DNA of 59,202 nucleotides from Ruditapes philippinarum (Eukaryota), in the NCBI RefSeq assembly GCF_026571515.1, contig NW_026865121.1, positions 1 to 59,202 on the forward strand, given 5' to 3'. Position numbers and translations under genes: made by a program. Under the pieces are notes generated by a model. That model was not told the DNA's origin, ran no database searches, and saw only the letters and a program-made list of their open reading frames with translations. This document shows, piece after piece, positions 41,506 through 55,900 of this stretch. Position 1 is the stretch's first letter, and each line of letters opens with the position of its first letter.

Positions 41506-41922
41506 CTCATGAAGTAATGGGTTAACAATATCCGTGAACAAATTGTTTTCTTACTTCCTTGTATGTTATTTTGGCTGGGCCTATCAGAGGTGATTGAACG
41601 GTCATCATTGTCAGATGTTGGAATTTTCCTATCATTGGGGATGAAAATTTCAAGGGAAAATTCTTGAATTTCTGGGATTTTTTTAAATGTCTTGTTTACC
41701 AGGCATCTATTTCTGCGATAAACACTACCTGCGATAAACACCACCTGCGATAAACACCACCTGCGGGTGTTTGTACAGTGTTCATTGTGAACTGTTACAA
41801 CCTTGGCTGGTTCCAATAGTTTATTGACCCGAATTCTTACACTTTCAATTTTAGTGGAGATAATTTTCTCACTGATTTGTCATAGTTGGACTTTTCATTG
41901 AATTTTATTAATTTATTTATAT

Positions 41923-41969
<47 letters not shown>

Positions 41970-44334
41970 TATTTATTTATTTATTCGCTTTACATATTCT
42001 GGGCTGAAAGTTTTTGGTTAAAGTTGTAAGTTTGTTGTAGGCAGGATAGATTGTGTTCTTCTGCCCATGAAGAACTGATTTGGGGAGAATCCGCGTTCCA
42101 ATTTGGGTATTTCTATATTTCAGTATGGCTAAATAAGAGTCTCATTGACTTTCTTGAGCTTTTTTAGAAAATGCGTTTGACGTTAGACGACCCATTGCTA
42201 ACCAGATGTAATGGACTAGATGTCTTATGCGAGAATTCCCATTATTTTTAGCGAAATTGCAGAATTTTTTCAGATGAAAATTGTGGTTCATTGTCAGTGA
42301 CAAGTTTGTCACAAATACCATATCTGGCAAAATGCACTTTGAGTTTTCTGACTACAGTGATGATTTGTGCATTACGAGCATTTACCTAAAAAGTATCTAC
42401 TGTAATAATCAACTGTCACCAAATAGTCCTAACTGTCAAGTGAGAAACTATTAGCGGCAACGTTTAGCCAAGGTCTTTCTGTTCACTAGGTTTTTTTTCT
42501 ATCTGTCAGCAGATATGATTTTTTCATTACTTTTTGTTTTATCATCAGTGGTCCAGAGAACATTAGCTCAACATGTCTTGAAATTTATTCCATTGGTCAG
42601 GGAGATTGCTAGCTTCTCAGTTCACGACTGGAACAGATCCTATTTAATGTAACTAAATCCTTTGTATTCCAATACTTTTCTCTGCCTGACACAATGTAAT
42701 GTTTTCTGTTTTATGTACGTATACACATGTATACTATTGTAATATGACGGAGTTCGGTCATTCACTAATGTAAATAAATTGATAAGAAGAACGAAGATAA
42801 GGTCAAGGTAAAATTATCAGGTTAAACTGGTATCATTACACTTATGTTATTATTCTGAAATTTCCTTTGATATAACATATATGAGTGTGTGCAAAACAAA
42901 GTATTCCAACAGCATACCTTATTTGAAAATAAATATATCATTGGTGTACCTAGCAGAAAAATGTTCATATACGTTTTCTTATTGCATAGATTTGAAATGG
43001 ATATTTTTAATTCAAGCCGGCTTGACTTTAACATTCTACAAATATTAAAAGATTTGGTTTACCTTTTTATATGATGCATTTTTATCAAAGCCATTTACAG
43101 GCTTTATTCTGTTACCAGTTTTTGTATCCTTCTTTTAAATGATTGATATAAAATAAGTAAATATATGGGCACATCTGATGATCATATATCTTAACCCATG
43201 TCTATATGTAACATTTCATGCTGTCTTGTGAACGTGAATGGGATCAACACCGGAATATAATAAATTAATTATTTGAGAGGAGAATGTCTTGTAAGAGTAG
43301 ATACAGATCGGTATATTGAGGACAATAAGATGACGAATGACCGGCCTGTTTACACTGATAAATGGCTTGTATCTCCAGAGATATCTCTAAATATACTTGT
43401 TTCACTGGATGAAACTAGAGTCCATAAATCACAAAAAACGTTTCATAAAAACAGTCCGAAACCGCTTTGTTTGATATTGAAAATCTGTAAATGGCATATA
43501 TTGATGGCGTCCCTGCAAATGTATCTTTTAACCAGAATTTAGAGACTTAAAAAATGAAAACAATACCCACATATTAAGTTTTCTATCTCTATATTGGGTC
43601 TCATATTTTGCAATAATGATCAAACAAATTGCCACCATGAGGAAAAAGAATATAAAAAATATACAAAATATGTTAGGTTTTATATTTGAAGGTATTTTGA
43701 TCTGAATTATAAACAAACTCACAAATTAGCCTTTTCTGTTCATTTCTAGCGTGTATTTTAATAATTGTATATGGAAATATATTAGAATTTCATATAAACA
43801 GGCTATATTGTCAAATAACCTCAAGCAGTTTTAATAAATGAATGAACAAACGAACGACGAACGAACGAATGAATGCATGAATGAATAAATAAATAAATAT
43901 AAATACATAAATGAATATAGACACTTATCTTCTTCGTTTCTAAATTTAATTTCGGAATTGTCTAAATATCCTTTATCGATCAGCTTTTCTCCTATTTTCC
44001 GTTATTATGTCACATTCAATCAAGTCGTATTTTATGTTTGTTTATCATTATCAAATCATTTTACATTTATATGCATGATTTGCTTTATGTGCAATAATCG
44101 ATCTCATGGTTAGATACACTACAGATGATAAATCTGCGGTAAATCTCTACGAAATTATCTTCCATTTTATGGTTTTGAGCAAAACATAAAAGAGATGGCA
44201 TTCAAAATGTAGGTGTTAAAGGGCAAACAATTAACATTACAAAATATGGTATACAGTCAACATTTGTGACATAATAATAATGTTTAATCTAAAAGGAGAC
44301 ATTTATGACCGGTCGCTGTATCTCCTTTAACAAA

Positions 44335-45080
44335 ACATTTGTGACATGATGATGTTTCTCCAATAAAGAAACATCTGTGATATGATGGTGTTTCTCCGAT
44401 CAGGAAACATTTGTACACATACGTGCCACAATGGTATATTTCCAATTAGGAAACTTTTATAACAAGACGGTGTTTCCCATATAAGGAGTCATTTGTAACA
44501 TGGTGCTGTTCCTCGTATAAGTGGACATTTGTTACACGACGGTGTTTCTCATATAGGAAATCGTTTGTAACATGATGGTGTTTCTCATATAAGGAGACAT
44601 TTGTAGCATGGTGGTGTTTCTCATATAAAGCGTCATTTGTAACATGACAGTGTTACCTAATAAAGAGGCATTTGTAACATGACGGTGTTTCTCATATAAA
44701 GAGTCATTTGTAACATGACGGTGTTTCTCATACAAGAAGACATTTGTAACATGACGGTGTTTCTCACACAAGAAGACATTTGTAACATGACGGTGTTTCT
44801 CATATAAGAAGACATTTGTAACATGACGGTGTAACTCATACAAGAAGACATTTGTAACATGACGGTGTTTCTCACACAAGAAGGCATTTGTAACATGACG
44901 GTGTTTCTCATATAAAGAGTCATTTGTAACATGACGGTGTTTCTCATACAAGAAGACATTTGTAACATGACGGTGTTTCTCACACAAGAAGACATTTGTA
45001 ACATGACGGTGTTTCTCATATAAGAAGACATTTGTAACATGACGGTGTTTCTCATATAATGAGACATTTGTAACATGACA
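44335..45080. repeat. 36-bp satellite, short array
   Basis: Monomer gacatttgtaacatgacggtgtttctcatataagaa; truncated at the duplication junction. Confidence 0.95.
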
Positions 45081-45081
45081 T

Positions 45082-48000
45082 GTCATAATATATAGTATCA
45101 TATTTACTGGCTTAATTGGAGTTTTCCAAAATCTAAAATAGACTTAGGCTTAAATTCAATGACCACACAGCAAAGACAATTAACTGCGCATGCGTAAAGT
45201 ATATTTACTAGGTGTTGTATCATATTAACTGACCGAATCGGATTTCTCGCCATCTAAAATATACATGTAAATAGGCTCAAATTCAATTACCATACAGCAT
45301 AAACAATTGAAAATTGATGCATTTTAACTTGTTCTTTATGGCGTATTTCTCGATTCAAATCTATTTACTCCGTTATGTCGCAATGATAAGTACATTGAAA
45401 GCTTGTTTTTAATATAAGGCTTCACTTTCTTGTTTTTTTTAATCTAAGGCTGATCATATAATAAAACAATTATTGACTAATGATCCATTGAATATGTTTA
45501 GCTGGTTATTCGCATGGTCTTTATAAAAGATAACATGTTGTATTAAAACATACATTAGTTTATAACATATATCAGAAATATATATATTCAAATTTTTTTT
45601 GGTTGTTTACGGATATTCGTGAACAAATTGTTTTTTTTTTTACTTCCTGTAGGTTAATTATTTTGGATGGACCTATCAGAGGTGATTGAACGGTCATCAT
45701 TGTAAGATGTCGAAATTTTCCTATCATTGGGGATGATAAGGTGATATTTTGAGCTAAAACTTCAACGGAAAATTCTTGAATTTCTGGGATTTTTTTAATG
45801 TTTTGTTTACCATGCATCTTTTTCTGCGATAAACACCATCTGCGGGTGTTTGTACAGTGTTCGTTGTGAACTGTTACAACCTTGGCTGTTTCCAATAGTT
45901 TACTGACCCGAATTCTTACACTTTCAATTTTAGCGGGGATAATTTTCTCACTGATTTGTCATACTTTTCTTTGAATTTTATTTATTTATTTATTTATTCG
46001 CTTTACATATTCTGGGCTGACAGTTTTTGGTTAAAGTTGTAAGTTTGTTGTAGGCAGGATAGACTGTGTTCTTCTGCCCATGAAGAACTGATTTGGGGAG
46101 AATCCGCGTTCCATTGAGGTATTTCTATATTTCAGTATGGCTAAATAAGAGTCTCATTGACTTTCTTGATATTTTTTAGAAAATGCGTTTGACGTTAGAG
46201 ACAGTTTTAAGAAGACCCATTGCTAATCAAATGTAATGGACTAGATGTCTTATGCGAGAATTCCCATTATTTTTAGCGAAATTGCAGAATTTTTTCAGAT
46301 GAAAATTGTGGTTAATTGTCAGTGACAAGTTTGTAACAAATACCATATCTGGGAAAATTCACTTTGAGCCTCCTGATAACAGTGATGCTGTGTGTATGAC
46401 GAAGAGCACCTAACTCAAATTATCAACTGTCCAAATAATCCTAATGATCAAGTGAGAAAATATCAGGCAAGGTCTTTCTGTTCACAAGGTTTTTTCTACC
46501 TCGTCCTTGTCCCAAATTTGATCAGCAGAAATGTTATTTTTTCTTCATTTAATTTATCATTTAGATGTTCAGAAAACATTAGCTCAACATGTCGTTGAAA
46601 TTTATTCCACTGGTCAGGGAGATTGCTAGCTTACCAGTTCATGACTGGAGCAGATAATCCTGTTAATTCCATGTTTCCGTTTTATTGTGATTTAATGTAA
46701 CTAAATCCTTTGTATTCCAATACTTTTCTCTGTAATGTACTTTTCTCTGTAATTACAATGTAATGTTTTCTGTTTTATGTACGTATATGTACATGTATAC
46801 TATTGTAATATTACGGAGTTCTGTCATTCACTAATGTAAATAAATTGACAAGAAGAACACAGATGTGAACTAATCTAGGTTAATCTAAGAACTAGTCTAT
46901 GACGGGGAATCACCTGTCTGAAATAAGAGCTGCCCATTCAGGCATTCATAGAATAATACTAACATGTACAGGTCAAGGTAAAGTGTATCAGGTTAAACTG
47001 GCACCTATACACTTATGTTGCCAAGAATAAATGTCACAATAATTCTGAAATTTCCTTTGATATAACATATATAAGTGTTTGCAAAACAAAATATTCCAAC
47101 AGCATACCTTATTTGAAAATAAATATATTATTGGTGTACCTAGCAGAAAAATGTTTATATACGTTTTCTTATTGCATAGATTTTAAATGGTTATTTTTAA
47201 TTCCAGCCGTTTTATCTCCTACAAATTTTTAAAGATTTGGTTTACCTTTTTATCTGATGCATTTTTATCAAACCGGTTACAGGCTTTCTTCTGTTAAGAG
47301 TTTTTGTATCCTTCTTTAAAATGGTTGATATAAGATAAGGGACTATATTGGCACATCTGATGATCATATATCTTTACCCATGTCTATATGTAACATATAG
47401 CTGCCTTGTGAACGTGAATTGGATCAAAACCGGGATATAATAAATTAATTATTTGAGAGGAGAATGTCCTGTAAGAGTAGATATAGATCGGTATATTGAG
47501 GACAATAAGATGACGAATGTCCAGCCCGTGTACACTGATAAATGGTTTATATCTCTAGAGATATCTCTATATCTATAAATATACTTGTTTCACTGGACGA
47601 AACTAGAGTCCATAAATCACAGGAAACGTTTCATAAAAACAGTCCGAAACCGCTTTGTTTGATATTGAAAAACTGTAAATGGGATATACCGATGGCGTCC
47701 CTGCAAAAGTTTCTTTTTAACCAGAATTAAGAGACTATAAAATAAACACAATACACACATATTAAGTTTTCTATCTTTATATTGGGTCTCATATTTTGCA
47801 ATAATGATCAAACAAATTGCCACAATAAGGAAAAAGAATATAAGAAATATAAGAAATATAAGATAAATATACAAAATATGTTAGGTTTTATATTTGACGG
47901 TATTTTGATCTGAATTATAGACAAACTCACAAATTAGCTGTTTCTGTTCATCCTAGCGTGTATTTTAATAATTGTATAAGGAAATATGTTGAAATTTCAT

Positions 48001-48089
48001 ATTAACAGGCTATATTGTCAAATAACCTCAAGCAGTTTAAATAAAATGCACTTATTCCGAACACACAACAAAATATATAAATAAATGAA

Positions 48090-48120
<31 letters not shown>

Positions 48121-49815
48121 AAATGAATGAATGAATGAATGAATGAATGAACGAACGAACGAACGAATAAATAAATAAATACACGAATGAATGAATGAAT
48201 GAATGAATGAATGAATGATTGAATGAATGAATGAATGAATGAATGAATGAATGAATATAAACACTAAAAAAGTCTTATCTTCTTCGTTTCTAAATTTAAT
48301 TTCGGAGTTGTCTAAAAATCCTTTATATCGATCAGCTTTTCTACTATTTCCCGTTTTAATGTCACATTCAATCAAGTCGCATTTTATTTTTGTTTATTAT
48401 TATCAAATCATTTTACATTTACGTGCATGATTTGTTTTTATGTGCAATAATCGATCTCATGGTTAGGTACACTACAGATGATAAATCTGCGGTAAATCTC
48501 TACGAAATTATCTTCCATTTTATGGTTTTGAGCAACACATTAAAGAGTAGGCATTCAAAATGTAGGTGTTAAAAGGCAAACAATAAACATTACAAAATAT
48601 GGTATAGACATAATAATACTGTTTATTCTAAAAGGGGACATTTATGACTGCTTTAACAAAACATTTGTGACATTATGATGTTTCTCAAATAAAGAAACAT
48701 TTTTGAAATGATGGTGTTTCTCTAATTTGGACACACCTGGAAAATGATGATGTTTCTCAAATAAAGAAACATTTGTGACACGATGGTGTTAATAAGATGG
48801 GGAACGTTCATGACATAACGGCGTTTCTCCTATATGGACACATGTGTGATATAATGGCGTTTCTCCAATAAAGAAACACCTGTGATATAATGGTGTTTCC
48901 CCGTAAAGAATCATTTGTACACATATGTGACACAATGGTATATTTCCAATAAGGAAACTTTTGTAACATGACGGTTTTTCTCACATGAGGAAACTTTTGT
49001 AACATGACGGTTTTTCTCATACAAGGAAACTTTTGTAAACCAAGAAAATTTTGGACTTGTGAGAGGCTATAAATGACCCCAGATTGATCATAAGGTAACG
49101 TGTAACCAACGCTGAAAAGCATTTGACTCTATCTCAATCCATTGAGAAGTTGCAGCACTTTGAAATCAATTTTGATGGAAAAAATCAACGCAAAATAGTG
49201 ATTTTTGGCAATTTTGAGATGTCCCCTCGTTGCCATGGTAACAGAAAATTTAAGCCTGAGCATGTTGTTGCAAGGCCAATGGTCCAGTCAACATTTGTGC
49301 CAAGTTTGATTAGTGTTGAAGCAGTTTTTATAGTATTATAGCAATTTGAACTTGTAACGGGAGACTTTTCAATGAAAACAGCCATTTTTCACAAAATGCT
49401 CATGAAGTAATGGGTTAACAATATCCGTGAACAAATTGTTTTCTTACTTCCTTGTATGTTATTTTGGCTGGGCCTATCAGAGGTGATTGAACGGTCATCA
49501 TTGTCAATGTTGGAATTTTCCTATCATTGGGGATGAAAATTTCAAGGGAAAATTCTTGAATTTCTGGGATTTTTTTAAATGTCTTGTTTACCAGGCATCT
49601 ATTTCTGCGATAAACACTACCTGCGATAAACACCACCTGCGATAAAACACCACCTGCGGGTGTTTGTACAGTGTTCATTGTGAACTGTTACAACCTTGGC
49701 TGGTTCCAATAGTTTATTGACCCGAATTCTTACACTTTCAATTTTAGTGGAGATAATTTTCTCACTGATTTGTCATAGTTGGACTTTTCATTGAATTTTA
49801 TTAATTTATTTATAT

Positions 49816-49862
<47 letters not shown>

Positions 49863-52800
49863 TATTTATTTATTTATTCGCTTTACATATTCTGGGCTGA
49901 AAGTTTTTGGTTAAAGTTGTAAGTTTGTTGTAGGCAGGATAGATTGTGTTCTTCTGCCCATGAAGAACTGATTTGGGGAGAATCCGCGTTCCAATTTGGG
50001 TATTTCTATATTTCAGTATGGCTAAATAAGAGTCTCATTGACTTTCTTGAGCTTTTTTTAGAAAAATGCGTTTGACGTTAGACGACCCATTGCTAACCAG
50101 ATGTAATGGACTAGATGTCTTATGCGAGAATTCCCATTATTTTTAGCGAAATTGCAGAATTTTTTCAGATGAAAATTGTGGTTCATTGTCAGTGACAAGT
50201 TTGTCACAAATACCATATCTGGCAAAATGCACTTTGAGTTTTCTGACTACAGTGATGATTTGTGCATTACGAGCATTTACCTAAAAAGTATCTACTGTAA
50301 TAATCAACTGTCACCAAATAGTCCTAACTGTCAAGTGAGAAACTATTAGCGGCAACGTTTAGCCAAGGTCTTTCTGTTCACTAGGTTTTTTTTTCTATCT
50401 GTCAGCAGATATGATTTTTTCATTACTTTTTTGTTTTATCATCAGTGGTCCAGAGAACATTAGCTCAACATGTCTTGAAATTTATTCCATTGGTCAGGGA
50501 GATTGCTAGCTTCTCAGTTCACGACTGGAACAGATCCTATTTAATGTAACTAAATCCTTTGTATTCCAATACTTTCTCTGCCTGACACAATGTAATGTTT
50601 TCTGTTTTATGTACGTATACACATGTATACTATTGTAATATGACGGAGTTCGGTCATTCACTAATGTAAATAAATTGATAAGAAGAACGAAGATAAGGTC
50701 AAGGTAAAATTATCAGGTTAAACTGGTATCATTACACTTATGTTATTATTCTGAAATTTCCTTTGATATAACATATATGAGTGTGTGCAAAGCAAAATAT
50801 TCCAACAGCATACCTTATTTGAAAATAAATATATTATTGGTGTACCTAGCAGAAAAATGTTCATATACGTTTTCTTATTGCATAGATTTGAAATGGATAT
50901 TTTTAATTCCAGCCGATTTGACTTTAATCTTCTACAAATATTTAAAAGATCTGGTTTACCTTTTTATCTGATGCATTTTTATAAAGCCATTTACAGGCTT
51001 TATTCTGATACCAGTTTTTGTATCCTTCTTTAAAATGATTGATATAAGATAAGGGACTATATGGGCACATCTGATGATCATATATCTTAACCCATGTCTA
51101 TATGTAACATTTCATGCTGTCTTGTGAACGTGAATGGGATCAACACCGGAATATAATAAATTAATTATTTGAGAGGAGAATGTCTTGTAAGAGTAGATAT
51201 AGATCGGTATATTGAGGACAATAAGATGACGAATGACCGGCCTGTTTACACTGATAAATGGCTTGTATCTCCAGAGATATCTCTAAATATACTTGTTTCA
51301 CTGGATGAAACTAGAGTCCATAAATCACAAAAAACGTTTCATAAAAACAGTCCGAAACCGCTTTGTTTGATATTGAAAATCTGTAAATGGCATATATTGA
51401 TGGCGTCCCTGCAAATGTATCTTTTAACCAGAATTTAGAGACTTAAAAAATGAAAACAATACCCACATATTAAGTTTTCTATCTCTATATTGGGTCTCAT
51501 ATTTTGCAATAATGATCAAACAAATTGCCACCATGAGGAAAAAAGAATATAAAAAATATACAAAATATGTTAGGTTTTATATTTGAAGGTATTTTGATCT
51601 GAATTATAAACAAACTCACAAATTAGCCTTTTCTGTTCATTTCTAGCGTGTATTTTAATAATTGTATATGGAAATATATTAGAATTTCATATAAACAGGC
51701 TATATTGTCAAATAACCTCAAGCAGTTTTAATAAATGAATGAACAAACGAACGACGAACGAACGAATGAATGCATGAATGAATAAATAAATAAATATAAA
51801 TACATAAATGAATATAGACACTTATCTTCTTCGTTTCTAAATTTAATTTCGGAATTGTCTAAATATCCTTTATCGATCAGCTTTTCTCCTATTTTCCGTT
51901 ATTATGTCACATTCAATCAAGTCGTATTTTATGTTTGTTTATCATTATCAAATCATTTTACATTTATATGCATGATTTGCTTTATGTGCAATAATCGATC
52001 TCATGGTTAGATACACTACAGATGATAAATCTGCGGTAAATCTCTACGAAATTATCTTCCATTTTATGGTTTTGAGCAAAACATAAAAGAGATGGCATTC
52101 AAAATGTAGGTGTTAAAGGGCAAACAATTAACATTACAAAATATGGTATACAGTCAACATTTGTGACATAAAATAATGTTTAATCTAAAAGGAGACATTT
52201 ATGACCGGTCGCTGTATCTCCTTTAACAAAACATTTGTGACATGATGATGTTTCTCCAATAAAGAAACATCTGTGATATGATGGTGTTTCTCCGATCAGG
52301 AAACATTTGTACACATACGTGCCACAATGGTATATTTCCAATTAGGAAACTTTTATAACAAGACGGTGTTTCCCATATAAGGAGTCATTTGTAACATGGT
52401 GCTGTTCCTCGTATAAGTGGACATTTGTTACACGACGGTGTTTCTCATATAGGAAATCGTTTGTAACATGATGGTGTTTCTCATATAAGGAGACATTTGT
52501 AGCATGGTGGTGTTTCTCATATAAAGCGTCATTTGTAACATGACAGTGTTACCTAATAAAGAGGCATTTGTAACATGACGGTGTTTTCTCATATAAAGAG
52601 TCATTTGTAACATGACGGTGTTTCTCATACAAGAAGACATTTGTAACATGACGGTGTTTCTCACACAAGAAGACATTTGTAACATGACGGTGTTTCTCAT
52701 ATAAGAAGACATTTGTAACATGACGGTGTAACTCATACAAGAAGACATTTGTAACATGACGGTGTTTCTCACACAAGAAGGCATTTGTAACATGACGGTG

Positions 52801-52976
52801 TTTCTCATATAAAGAGTCATTGTAACATGACGGTGTTTCTCATACAAGAAGACATTTGTAACATGACGGTGTTTCTCACACAAGAAGACATTTGTAACAT
52901 GACGGTGTTTCTCATATAAGAAGACATTTGTAACATGACGGTGTTTCTCATATAATGAGACATTTGTAACATGACA
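45082..52976 (+). repeat. ~7.9-kb tandem duplication, unit B
   Basis: Mostly near-identical to unit A, with patches of higher divergence. Confidence 0.95.
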
Positions 52977-55900
52977 GTGTTTCTCAAATAAGATGACATG
53001 TGTAACATTGTGTTGTTTCTCATATAAGGAGACATTTGTAACATGACGGCGTTTCTCATATAAGATGACATTTGTAACATGATGGCGTTTCTTGGATAAG
53101 GAGACATTTGTAACATGGTGTTGTTTCTCATATAAGATGACATTTGTAACATAATGGTGTTTCTCATATAAGAAGGCATTTGTAACTTGACAGTGTTTCT
53201 CATATAAGAAGACATTTGTAACATGATGGCGTTTCTTGGATAAGGAGACATTTGTAACATGATGTTGTTTCTCCTATAAGATGACATTTGTAACATAATG
53301 GTGTTTCTCATATAAGAAGACATTTGTAACATGACGGTGTTTCTCATATAAGATGACATTTTTAATATGGTGGTGTTTCTCATATAAGAAGACATTTGTA
53401 ACATGACGGTGTTTCTCATATAAGAAGACATTTGTAACATGACAGTGTTTTTTGTATAAGATGACATTTTTAACATAATTGTGTTTCTCATATAAGAAGA
53501 CATTTGTAACATGACGGTGTTTCTTGTATAAGATGACATTTTTAACATAGTTGTGTTTCTCATATAAGAAGACATTTGTAACATGACGGTGTTTCTCATA
53601 TAAGATGACATTTGTAATATGATGGCGTTTCTTGGATTAGGAGACATTTGTAACATGGTGTTGTTTCTCATATAAGATGACATTTGTAACATAATGGTGT
53701 TTCTCATATAAGAAGACATTTGTAACATGACAGTGTTTCTCGTATAAGATGACATTTTTAACATGGTGGTGTTTCTCATGTAATGAGACATTTGTAACAT
53801 GACTGTGTTTCTCATATAAGAAGAAATTTGTAACATGACTGTGTTTCTTATATAACAAGACATTTGTAACATGACGGTGTTTCTCGTATAAGATGACATT
53901 TTTAACATGGTGGTGTTTCTCATGTAATGAGACATTTGTAACATGACGGTGTTTCTCATATAAGAAGACATTTGTAACATGACGGTGTTTCTCATGTAAT
54001 GAGACATTTGTAACATGACGGTGTTTCTCATAGAAGAAGACATTTGTAACATGACGGTGTTTCTCATATAAGAAGACATTTGTAACATGACGGCGTTTCT
54101 CATATAAGAAGACATTTGTTACATGGTGGTGTTTCTCATACAAGAAGACATTTGTAACATGACGGTGTTTCTCATATAAGAAGACATTTGTAACATGATG
54201 GTGTTTCTCATGTAATGAGACATTTGTTACATGACAGTGTTTCTCATATAAGAAGACATTTGTTACATGACGGTGTTTCTCGTATAAGATGACATTTTTA
54301 ACATGGGTGTGTTTCTCATGTAAGAAGAAATTTGTAACATGACAGTGTTTCTCGTATAAGATGACATTTGTAACATGACGGTGTTTCTCATATAAGAAGA
54401 AATGTGTAACATGACGGTGTTTCTCATGTAATGAGACATTTGTTACATGACAGTGTTTCTCATATAAGAAGACATTTGTTACATGACGGTGTTTCTCGTA
54501 TAAGATGACATTTTTAACATGGGGGTGTTTCTCATGTAAGAAGAAATTTGTAACATGACAGTGTTTCTCATATAAAAAGACATTTGTAACATGACGGATT
54601 TTCTCGTATAAGATGACATTTTAACATTGTGGTGTTTCTCATGTAATGAGACATTTGTAACATGACAGTGTTTCTCATATAAGAAGACATTTGTTACATG
54701 GTGGTGTTTCTCATACAAGAAGACATTTGTAACATGACAGGTTTCTCGTATAAGATGACATTTTAACATGGTGGTGTTTCTAGTATATTTCATTTAAGGA
54801 ATTTAAGGAGACATTTGTTACATGACGGTGTTTCTCATATAAGAAGAAATTTGTAACATGACAGTGTTTGTCATATAAGTAGACATTTTTAACATGGTGG
54901 TGTTTCTCATATAAGAAGACATTTGTAACATGACGGTGTTTCTCATATAAGGAGACATTTGTAACATGATGGTGTTTCTCATATATAGAGACATTTGTAA
55001 CATGATGGTGTTTCTCATATAGGGAGACATTTGTAACATGATGGTGTTTCTCATATAGGGAGACATTTGTAACATGATGGTGTTTCTCATATAGGGTGAC
55101 ATTTGTAACATGATGGTGTTTCTCATATAAGGAGACATTTGTAACATGATGGTGTTTCTCATATAAGAAGACATTTTAACATGACAGTGTTTCTCGTATA
55201 TGATGACATTTGTAACATTGTGGTGTTTCTCTTATAAGAAGACATTTGTAACATGGTGGTGTTATTCATAGAAGAAGAAATTTGTAACATGACGGTGTTT
55301 CTCGTATATGATGACATTTGTAACATTGTGGTGTTTCTCATATAAGAAGACATTTTAACTTGACAGTGTTTCTCGTATATGATGACATTTGTAACATTGT
55401 GGTGTTTCTCATATAAGATGACATTTGTAACATGACAGTGTTTCTCGTATATGATGACATTTGTAACATTGTGGTGTTTCTCATATAAGAAGACATTTGT
55501 AACATGACGTTGTTTCTCGTATATGATGACATTTGTAACCTGGTGGTGTTTCTCATATAAGAAGAAATTTGTTACATGACGGTGTTTCTCGTATATGATG
55601 ACATTTGTAACATTGTGGTGTTTCTCATATAAGAAGAAATTTGTAACATGACGGTGTTTCTCGTATATGATGACATTTGTAACATGGTGGTGTTTCTCAT
55701 ATAAAAAGACATTTGTAACATGACGGTGTTTCTCGTATATGATGACATTTGTAACATGGTGGTGTTTCTCATATAAGAAGACATTTGTAACATGACGGTG
55801 TTTCTCGTATATGATGACATTTGTAACATGGTGGTGTTTCTCATATAAGAAGAAATTTGTAACATGACGGTGTTTCTCGTATATGATGACATTTGTAACA

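Larger units (their letters stand above)
37227..45080 (+). repeat. ~7.9-kb tandem duplication, unit A (subunits ~37750-41145 and ~41510-45080)
   Basis: Repeats at 45082-52976, with duplicated ORF-track entries at an offset of about 7.86 kb; internal older ~3.5-kb paralogous halves. Confidence 0.95.
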
